Source: an uncultured Pseudomonadota bacterium (GTDB lineage Bacteria; Vulcanimicrobiota; Vulcanimicrobiia; Eremiobacterales; Eremiobacteraceae). Taken from it: 64,000 nucleotides of DNA. The DNA is taken from the NCBI GenBank assembly GCA_963736005.1, contig CAVTNB010000001.1, positions 1,408,001-1,472,000 on the forward strand, in the 5' to 3' direction. A program made the translations under genes and the position numbers. This document shows, in pieces, positions 57,383-64,000 of this stretch. The notes beneath the pieces are model-generated. The model was not told the DNA's origin. It made no database searches and was given only the letters and a program-made list of their open reading frames with translations. Each line of letters begins with the position of its first letter. The first letter of the stretch is position 1.

Positions 57383-57615
57383 TGCAGGCGCAACTTCGAG
57401 AGGCCTGCGGCGAGTTCGAGCAAGTCATGCTAACCTCGCTCGTGCCGCGCTCTCTTTTCAGCCTTGGGATTGAGAGCGGAAGCGAGAGCGAGCCATCGCT
57501 TGGGTCGGCTTGGGCCGCAGACCTCTTCCCGCAAGTTTTCGCTGCTGCGCTCGAGCGCGCCGGCGGCATCGGACTTCGGACAGAGTTCCTTCACGATCTG
57601 TGGGAGCCAGCGTGA
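57382..57615 (+). CDS. Stand-alone FlgJ N-terminal (rod-binding)-like protein
   Basis: LREAC.EFE.V.L ... A..L..AGGIGL pattern; coupled to flgG. Confidence 0.6.
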   Translation: MQAQLREACGEFEQVMLTSLVPRSLFSLGIESGSESEPSLGSAWAADLFPQVFAAALERAGGIGLRTEFLHDLWEPA

Positions 57616-58385
57616 TCGCGCCACACGACGAGGAGCTCGAAACAGCCGCGCGCGCATTTCTTGCGACCCGCTCCGCGGGCGCGCGCGAACGCCTCTGCGA
57701 GGCAGCCATGCCACTCGTGAGGCGCATGGCCATGAGCATTTTGCGGCGTTTACCGGCGCATTTCACGCCTGACGACCTTATCGGAGACGGTTGCGTTGGC
57801 TTGTTGCGGGCGATCAATCGCTTCGACCCGGATCGCGGCATGCGCTTTGAAGTTTGGGCGGCGCGGCTTGTGCGCGGCGCCATCCTCAATGGCCTGCGCA
57901 CGATGGATCTCATCCCCGAGCGCGTGCGCCGCGACGCGCGCAGCCTCGACCGCGCTCGTTGGCGCCTGGCGCAACATCAGGGCACAGCACCTACTGATTC
58001 GGCGGCGGCGGCGCGTGCTGGCTTGAACGCAAGAAAACTCAATGCCGTGCTGCTCGCCTTGCGCCGAGCGGTGCCCGCATCGCTCGATGCGCCGCCTCCG
58101 CAAGCATTCGACCAAACGTCCGTGCTTGCCGACCGGCTGGCTTCCCAGAGTGACGACCCCGGCCGCACGATCGCGGATCGAGCGATCGCCGATGCAGTTG
58201 CCAGTGCAGTGCAATCTCTCGGCACGCGCGAGCGACTCATCATTGCATCTTTCTATTCGGGCGGATCGACATTTCGCGCCATCGGCGGGCGGTTGGGTAT
58301 CAGCAAGCAGCGCGTCTCGCAGATCCACGGACGGGCGCTTGAGAGCTTGCGCAGCATCCTCGTCGCTCAGCACCTCGACGCGTGA
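57612..58385 (+). CDS. fliA: FliA/WhiG family sigma-28 factor
   Basis: DDL...G.VGLL.AI.RFDP.RG..F, RGAI..GLR..D.IP, region 4 RER.II..FY...IG..LGISKQRVSQIH. Confidence 0.85.
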   Translation: MIAPHDEELETAARAFLATRSAGARERLCEAAMPLVRRMAMSILRRLPAHFTPDDLIGDGCVGLLRAINRFDPDRGMRFEVWAARLVRGAILNGLRTMDLIPERVRRDARSLDRARWRLAQHQGTAPTDSAAAARAGLNARKLNAVLLALRRAVPASLDAPPPQAFDQTSVLADRLASQSDDPGRTIADRAIADAVASAVQSLGTRERLIIASFYSGGSTFRAIGGRLGISKQRVSQIHGRALESLRSILVAQHLDA

Positions 58386-58660
58386 CCGTCTGGGCGTCTG
58401 GCTCGGCCGCGCTCAGTGCACCGGCGCCCGCCGGTACCACGTCGGCAGCGGAGCTAAAAACCGTGAGTGGTGTCGTCTTAGGAGGCTCGCTGAGCGGTGA
58501 CGTTGTGATTGCAAGCGCCGAGGCGCTGGCAATCGTGAGGGCAGGCCTGCTCGTTCGAGCCTTTGTCATCGCGGGAATCGAACTTATAACAAAAACCGTC
58601 GCGGTAGGCGGCGGTCGTTCGATTCGGCTTGCGTTTGGCGTGTATCGAGCGGTGCGCTAA
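58382..58660 (+). CDS. Hypothetical protein
   Basis: GTGA overlap with the fliA stop; 92 aa. Confidence 0.35.
   Translation: MTVWASGSAALSAPAPAGTTSAAELKTVSGVVLGGSLSGDVVIASAEALAIVRAGLLVRAFVIAGIELITKTVAVGGGRSIRLAFGVYRAVR
58589..58615 (-). terminator. Probable terminator downstream of divIVA
   Basis: Minus strand ACCGCCGC-CTACC-GCGACGGT followed by TTTTGT. Confidence 0.45.
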
Positions 58661-59133
58661 GTCAACACGGCGCTCTTGGCGCTGGGGTGCATGTCGTCGA
58701 TCAGTTCCAGCTGCCGCGAGAGGAAGTTGCGTAGGTCATGCTTCGCGGCTACCGTTTTGTCATTGACCCGTTGGAGCTCTGCCTTCGCTTCGGCAATCTG
58801 TTGGCGGACCGCCTTGAGATCGTCTTCAATATCCAGCTTTGCTCGCGCTTTGATCACGTCGACTTCCTTATGCGCCGAAGCCTTGAGCTCGTCGGCGGTG
58901 CGCTGCGCAAGCACGAGCGTGCTGCGCAGGCTCTCCTCCATCGCTTTGAAATGCGAAACTTTATCCTGGAGCTCGCTCACCAGTGCTTCGAGGCGCGTCC
59001 GCTCCTCGACATCTGCCTCCAGCTGCTCGATAACGTCGTCGAGAAACTGGTCAACTTCCTCGCGCGCGTAGCCCTGAATCGACTTCTTGAACTCTTTGTG
59101 CTGAACGTCAACAGGCGTTATCTTGCCAGGCAC
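58657..59133 (-). CDS. divIVA: DivIVA domain protein
   Basis: ITP.DV..KEF.K..QGY...EVD.FLD then coiled coil. Confidence 0.9.
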   Translation of the reverse strand: MPGKITPVDVQHKEFKKSIQGYAREEVDQFLDDVIEQLEADVEERTRLEALVSELQDKVSHFKAMEESLRSTLVLAQRTADELKASAHKEVDVIKARAKLDIEDDLKAVRQQIAEAKAELQRVNDKTVAAKHDLRNFLSRQLELIDDMHPSAKSAVLT

Positions 59134-59143
59134 TGCGTGTCCC

Positions 59144-59548
59144 TCAATATCCCTCGTAACCCGCTGCTGCGGCCAATTCGTTGTCGTGCGCTGTCACCGG
59201 TACGTTGGCGGGCACGAACAAATAGATGCTCTCGCCCAGGCGCTGCATCTTCCCGTCGACCGTGTACACAACCCCGCTGAGAAAATCCACGATTCTTTGA
59301 CTGAGCGTCCGATCTGCGCCCACAAGGTTCACGACGACGTGACGCCCACCGCGAAGGTTATCCGCAATCTCCGTCACTTCGTCGAAACGCCTCGGATGAA
59401 AAATCGACACGCCCCGGCAACGGCCGGATTTGCTCTCGGGAAAAAGCACGACGTTACGGCGCGTCTCGTCGCCCGGCACGACGTCATCGTAATCGTCGTC
59501 GGCGTCGGTGCCAGCGAAGAAGTCTCTGACTTTCGACCACATGCCCAT
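59144..59548 (-). CDS. sepF: Cell division protein SepF
   Basis: P..FDE...IAD.L, VVVNL, QRIVDFLSG..Y..DG. Confidence 0.92.
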   Translation of the reverse strand: MGMWSKVRDFFAGTDADDDYDDVVPGDETRRNVVLFPESKSGRCRGVSIFHPRRFDEVTEIADNLRGGRHVVVNLVGADRTLSQRIVDFLSGVVYTVDGKMQRLGESIYLFVPANVPVTAHDNELAAAAGYEGY

Positions 59549-59554
59549 AGTGCT

Positions 59555-60304
59555 CTACCTTCCTCCTGGGCTTTGATGTTCGTCTGTGACTGCGCGGAAG
59601 CCTATCGTGGAAAGACCCGGACGCGGGCCGAAGAGGGCGGTGCCGAGACGAAGCATCGTCGAGCCATGTGCCAGCGCAAGATCCATATCGTCACTCATGC
59701 CCATCGAGAGAATCGACGCGTTCGGCACATCGGCGCGCACTCGCTCGAAGCATGCAGCAGCGCGCGCAAAGGCCTCCGCGGCAGCGGCGGGATTGTTTGG
59801 TCCCATCGCCATCAGGCCGCGCACGCGAAGATGTCGGTGCTGCGCGAGCGCCTGCACAAAGTCTCCGAGCAAGTCAGGTGGGATGCCCTGGCGCTGGTCG
59901 CTTGCAACGTTGACTTGCACGAGCACGTCGAGCACCTTGCCTGCACTTGCGGCCCCTCGCTCGAGCGCCCCGGCGACCTCAAGGTCGTCAACCGTCTGCA
60001 CCAAGTCGAACAGGGCCGCAATCCGGCGGGCTTTGTTGCGCTGGACGCGGCCGATAAAGTGACGTTTGATACCCGAGGGCCACGAGATCCGATGGAACTT
60101 TTCTGCCGCTTCCTTATAGTAGTTCTCGCCGATATCGCGCAGTCCGGCGGCCAAGGCTGACTCGATTGCCTCCGTCCCAAAGCCTTTGGTGACGGCCACA
60201 ATCGTCACATCCGCCGGTGTGCGAGTGCTCGCCTGAAATGCTTGTTGAATTCTCGCGCGCACCGAGGCGAGGGCCAAGGCGACCTGGGTTTCGGCCTCCA
60301 TCAC
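59555..60304 (-). CDS. yggS: YggS family PLP homeostasis protein
   Basis: VAVTK, GENY, HFIG.VQRNK, GLM.M, LSMGMS.D, GST.LRLGT.LFG. Confidence 0.92.
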   Translation of the reverse strand: MMEAETQVALALASVRARIQQAFQASTRTPADVTIVAVTKGFGTEAIESALAAGLRDIGENYYKEAAEKFHRISWPSGIKRHFIGRVQRNKARRIAALFDLVQTVDDLEVAGALERGAASAGKVLDVLVQVNVASDQRQGIPPDLLGDFVQALAQHRHLRVRGLMAMGPNNPAAAAEAFARAAACFERVRADVPNASILSMGMSDDMDLALAHGSTMLRLGTALFGPRPGLSTIGFRAVTDEHQSPGGR

Positions 60305-61416
60305 GCCGACGCCACCGATTCGCGCAGCATCCCCAAACGGCGATCGCGCCAGGCCGCGAAAGTGCCGCCGGTGATTGCCTCGCGCGCCGCTCGCGCGATG
60401 GCGACCAGCATGGCGATGTTATGGACGCTTACTAATCGCGCAGCCAACATCTCGCCCGCCCGGAAGCAGTGAGCGAGATACGCACGAGTAAAGAACTCGC
60501 ACGTGCTGCACGAGCACGTATCGTCAAGCGGAGTAAAATCATTCGCAAAGGCGGCATTGCGCAGGTTGAGGCGCCCTCGTGACGTCAGCGCGAGAGCGTG
60601 GCGCGCGCAGCGCGTCGGGTAGACGCAGTCGAACAGGTCGACACCGCGAGCGATCGCATCGATGATGTCTTCCGGCGTGCCAACGCCCATGAGGTAGCGA
60701 GGTTTGGATTCGGGCAACTCTTGAGCTGCCACCGAAACGATCTCAAGCCCACGCGATCGCTCCTCCCCTACCCACAATCCCCCAATCGCATACCCAGGAA
60801 AGTCGAGTGCGGCGAGCGCCTGCGCTTGCTGTTTGCGCAGACCTTCGTATGTCGAGCCCTGCACGATCGCAAACGTTAACTGATCCGCACGGCGTATCGC
60901 GCTCTTTGCGCGCGCGGCCCAACGCAAGGTTCGATCGGCTGCTTCGCGGGCCACGACTTCGTCGACGCCGGCAGGCACAAGTTGGTCCAACACCATCGCC
61001 ACGTCGCTGCCCAAGGCTTCTTGCAGTGCCACGACGGTTTCAGGAGTGAACATGTGGCGCGAGCCGTCCAAATGGGAAGCGAAGTGATACCCCTCATCGT
61101 CGACGTGCGAGAGTCTCGCGAGGGAAAAGATTTGAAAGCCGCCGCTGTCGGTGAGGATCGAGCCATTCCATGACATGAACTTGTGCAGACCACCCGCTCG
61201 CGCGATGATATCCTTGCCGGGGCGCAAGTATAGATGATAGGCGTTTGCCAAAAGCATCTCGACGCCGCTCGCCGACAATTCGCTCGGCGTCACTCCCTTG
61301 ACTGACGCTTGAGTCCCGACCGGCATAAACGCCGGCGTCTGGACGGCACCGTGAGCGGTGCGCAGCATTCCCGCGCGCGCGTGGCCATCGCGGGCATGCA
61401 TCGTGAAGCAGCTCAC
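60301..61416 (-). CDS. tgt: tRNA-guanine transglycosylase
   Basis: TPAFMPVGT, NAYHLYLRPG, LTDSGGFQ, PRYLMGVG, D.FDCV.PTR, C.C..C...H zinc site. Confidence 0.95.
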   Translation of the reverse strand: MSCFTMHARDGHARAGMLRTAHGAVQTPAFMPVGTQASVKGVTPSELSASGVEMLLANAYHLYLRPGKDIIARAGGLHKFMSWNGSILTDSGGFQIFSLARLSHVDDEGYHFASHLDGSRHMFTPETVVALQEALGSDVAMVLDQLVPAGVDEVVAREAADRTLRWAARAKSAIRRADQLTFAIVQGSTYEGLRKQQAQALAALDFPGYAIGGLWVGEERSRGLEIVSVAAQELPESKPRYLMGVGTPEDIIDAIARGVDLFDCVYPTRCARHALALTSRGRLNLRNAAFANDFTPLDDTCSCSTCEFFTRAYLAHCFRAGEMLAARLVSVHNIAMLVAIARAAREAITGGTFAAWRDRRLGMLRESVASA

Positions 61417-62366
61417 GGCGCTCCACCTGTCCGTAGCCGTTGTACGAGCGCGCGAAAATCGTCGGGCCAAGGCGACGTAAACCGCAACATCTTTCCCGTG
61501 ACTGGATGTTCGAACGACAGCTCTGCCGCGTGGAGTGCTTGCCGTTTCATCTGAAGACCGGGCAGGATCGGTCCGTAGGTCTGGTCCCCAATGACTGGGT
61601 GGCCGATGGCCGCCGCGTGTACGCGAATCTGATGCGTTCTCCCGGTTTCAAGTTCCAGGCGCAGCAACGAAGCAGATTCCGGCGCGTCCGTAGCGATGGA
61701 AGGAACCTTCGAGAACGTCTCCACCACGCGATAGTGCGTCACGGCTCGGCGGCCGTCGTCGCGCACGGTGAATTTCGTGCGAGCGCGTGGATCGCGGCCG
61801 AGCGGTGCATCGATGACTCCACGCGCATTGGGAGGAATTCCCCAAACCGCCGCATCGTACGAACGTTTGATTCGCCGTTTCGCCATGGCGCGGGTGAGTG
61901 CGGTCATCGCGCGCTCAGTCTTTGCGACAACCAACAGGCCCGAGGTCTCCTTGTCGAGGCGATGCACGATGCCGGGCCGCCGGACCCCGTTGATTGCAGG
62001 CAGTGAAGGAAAGCGCGCGAGCAAGCCGTTCAGCAGTGTCCCTTCAAGATTGCCGCGCCCGGGATGCGTCGCCATCCCGGCTGGTTTATCAACCACGCAG
62101 AAGTCCTCGTCATCGTGCACAATGCGGAGAGGCAATTCTTCCGGACTCGCTGCCGGCTCGCGCGGCGCAGGAGCGCTCACAAGAATCTGGGCACCTGCTT
62201 CGACGATCTGAGAAGCCTTCGCAGCGTGCGAGTTGATTCTTACGTGTCCGTCACGAATGAGCTCGGCACACGAGGAGCGCGAACGGTTGAGCAGCTTCGC
62301 CAAGACGACATCGAGTCTACGCCCTGCGTCGGCGGCGCTCGTGACGAAGGCGAGCTGTTGGGTCAT
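61413..62366 (-). CDS. rluD: RluA/RluD family pseudouridine synthase with S4 domain
   Basis: RLD..LA, DKPAG, PGIVHRLDKETSGL, LETGRTHQIRVH, QALHA. Confidence 0.9.
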   Translation of the reverse strand: MTQQLAFVTSAADAGRRLDVVLAKLLNRSRSSCAELIRDGHVRINSHAAKASQIVEAGAQILVSAPAPREPAASPEELPLRIVHDDEDFCVVDKPAGMATHPGRGNLEGTLLNGLLARFPSLPAINGVRRPGIVHRLDKETSGLLVVAKTERAMTALTRAMAKRRIKRSYDAAVWGIPPNARGVIDAPLGRDPRARTKFTVRDDGRRAVTHYRVVETFSKVPSIATDAPESASLLRLELETGRTHQIRVHAAAIGHPVIGDQTYGPILPGLQMKRQALHAAELSFEHPVTGKMLRFTSPWPDDFRALVQRLRTGGAP

Positions 62367-62869
62367 TCGTCGGCCGCGGCGGCATCGCCAATCGGGGGCA
62401 GCGATTGCCTCGCCCTTTGCGCCGGCACTCGCTTCTCGTGCACCAGCATTTGGACGAGCAACAGACAGACACCAATCGTGATGGCCGAATCGGCGACGTT
62501 GAAGACCGGCCACACGCGAAAGTCAATGAAATCGTGAACGTAGCCAAAGCGCAAGCGGTCGATGATGTTCCCCACCGCGCCGCCAAAAATCAAAGCGAAG
62601 GCAATGTGCACGGAGGTCGAGGCGCCCTCTTTTCGATACCAGAGATAGAAACTAATCAAGACGAGCGATGCGGCAGCAGTTAAGAGCAATGGATGCGTGC
62701 CGAATAACCCGAATGCGCCATGATAGTTTTGCACGTAGGTGAGGTACAGCACATGCGGTATGACGATGCGGCTCTCGCCCGGCAGGAAGCTCGCGGCCAG
62801 CCACACCTTCGTGACGTGATCGAGCACGATCACCGCGAGCGCAAGGACCGCTAAGAGCAGCGTTCGCAC
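62363..62869 (-). CDS. lspA: Lipoprotein signal peptidase II
   Basis: D..TK, N.HGAFG, GGAVGNIIDR, V.DFID, FNVADSAI. Confidence 0.95.
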   Translation of the reverse strand: MRTLLLAVLALAVIVLDHVTKVWLAASFLPGESRIVIPHVLYLTYVQNYHGAFGLFGTHPLLLTAAASLVLISFYLWYRKEGASTSVHIAFALIFGGAVGNIIDRLRFGYVHDFIDFRVWPVFNVADSAITIGVCLLLVQMLVHEKRVPAQRARQSLPPIGDAAAADE

Positions 62870-63220
62870 CTAGTGGCTCTTCCCGGATTGCTGCAAGAGG
62901 TGGACAAAATTCTGAACGAATTGGCTGACCCCGGGCAAGTTGGACTGAATGATCCGGTTCGCGATGGCGATGATGAGCGAGACGAGCAGCGTTGCTCCCA
63001 AGATGGTGCCGAGTCCGCGAGCTAACCCAGCCAAGAAGTTGAGCCACAGCAGACGCGCTGGGCGCTGCAGCAAGCCGATATAGTCGCCCAAATTCATCCG
63101 CTCGACAATTTTTGCGATGCGATCGACCTCTCGCGTAATGGCCCTGACTTGCTCCGTTTGATCGCTCGCGTCAGCGGGAGCGTCTTTGCGGTGGGCGTCG
63201 TCTGACTTCGGCGCGTACAT
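62870..63220 (-). CDS. DUF5665-like membrane protein
   Basis: E......Y..LL..P.R....NF.AGLARG.G..LG.T pattern. Confidence 0.65.
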   Translation of the reverse strand: MYAPKSDDAHRKDAPADASDQTEQVRAITREVDRIAKIVERMNLGDYIGLLQRPARLLWLNFLAGLARGLGTILGATLLVSLIIAIANRIIQSNLPGVSQFVQNFVHLLQQSGKSH

Positions 63221-63495
63221 TATTGCAATTCTTGCTCCACCATGGTTCGGAAAATCCTAACGACGGTTTGCAGCGCACGCAGAGCATGGACGATCATTGA
63301 ATTCTCGCCGCGATGAATGTCGAGTCCCAGCAAGACGGCTGCCACGATGAATGCGGCCGCCCCGGCTGCGGCACCCCCCACAAAGTTGCTCGCAAACACC
63401 GCTGACTCATTCGACCAGTAACGTGCCACGCGCTGGGCGCCGAGCCTGACCAACACGTGGCGCAACTCGCGCAGACTCTGAAGGGCGTCAATCAC
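63220..63495 (-). CDS. Small hypothetical membrane protein
   Basis: 91 aa, one hydrophobic segment, overlaps both neighbours (coupled). Confidence 0.5.
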   Translation of the reverse strand: MIDALQSLRELRHVLVRLGAQRVARYWSNESAVFASNFVGGAAAGAAAFIVAAVLLGLDIHRGENSMIVHALRALQTVVRIFRTMVEQELQ

Positions 63496-64000
63496 GCTGG
63501 CGAAGGGGTTTCTCCGTGCCCCTGATAGGACGCAAGGAGGCTCTCAATGCTTTGACCCGTGAGGTAGCTTATGTACACCGGCACGAGTGGCAGCACGCAA
63601 GGAGAAATAAATGAGACGAGTCCGGCAACAAACACAGCTCCCATGGACACGACGCTCCCCGAGGCCTCCGGTCCAGTGCCGATATTGGCCAGTGCAGGGA
63701 ATGTTTGATAGAGCCATCCCGTAAAACGCAAGAACGAATCGGTGACGAGCACGAGGCCCATGCCGATCACGATTAACCCTGCCACGATCTCAATGGCCGG
63801 CAAGAACCGTTTGATCCGATTGAGCAAGGGGAGCACGTATTGCAAGGCGATCGCAGTCCCTAGCAGCGGCAACGACAACCCAAGTGAATAGATGAAAAGA
63901 AGAAACGTGCCTTGACCGACGGTTTTCGCTTCGCTCGCATATGCGAGTACTGCGGCGAGAATGGGACCGATGCACGGCGACCAGCCAGCCGCGAACCCGA
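63492..64000 (-). CDS. ccdA: Cytochrome c biogenesis protein CcdA (5' end outside window)
   Basis: GFAAGWSPCIGPILAA and AGLVSFISPCVLPLVP motifs. Confidence 0.85.
   Translation of the reverse strand, partial: GFAAGWSPCIGPILAAVLAYASEAKTVGQGTFLLFIYSLGLSLPLLGTAIALQYVLPLLNRIKRFLPAIEIVAGLIVIGMGLVLVTDSFLRFTGWLYQTFPALANIGTGPEASGSVVSMGAVFVAGLVSFISPCVLPLVPVYISYLTGQSIESLLASYQGHGETPSPA

Noticed and set aside
59123..60160. 345-aa plus-strand ORF
   Set aside because: Antisense shadow of yggS and sepF in GC-rich DNA with no recognisable motifs

Overview
A GC-rich bacterial chromosome segment with no rRNA, tRNA, CRISPR, transposase or prophage. Gene order is Firmicutes/Terrabacteria-like (mfd-prsA-mazG-S4, whiA-gap-pgk-tpi-gpmI, yggS-sepF-divIVA), yet there are outer-membrane-type genes. 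A diderm Terrabacteria lineage such as Eremiobacterota/WPS-2 is my unverified guess. The assembly has many indels, densest at about 15-36 kb and 50.7-54.8 kb where even glycolysis genes are broken, so many coordinates are reconstructions across frameshifts. Content: a ~28 kb surface-glycan locus (priming sugar transferase, O-antigen-ligase-like gene, three large GT-C-like membrane proteins, GT2 x3, GT9 x2, four methyltransferases, secreted carbohydrate-binding-like proteins, MurJ) lying between deoB and punA-pdp; two LptD-like paralogs; housekeeping operons; a small flgF-flgG-flgJ-fliA cluster. Top findings: (1) a MerB-like lyase with an in-frame TGA at the second catalytic Cys position followed by a SECIS-like hairpin (probable selenoprotein); (2) at least four GTAG-type REP palindrome families, one of which is translated inside proteins (a repeat protein and Mfd), with one loop base separating stop-codon copies from coding copies.
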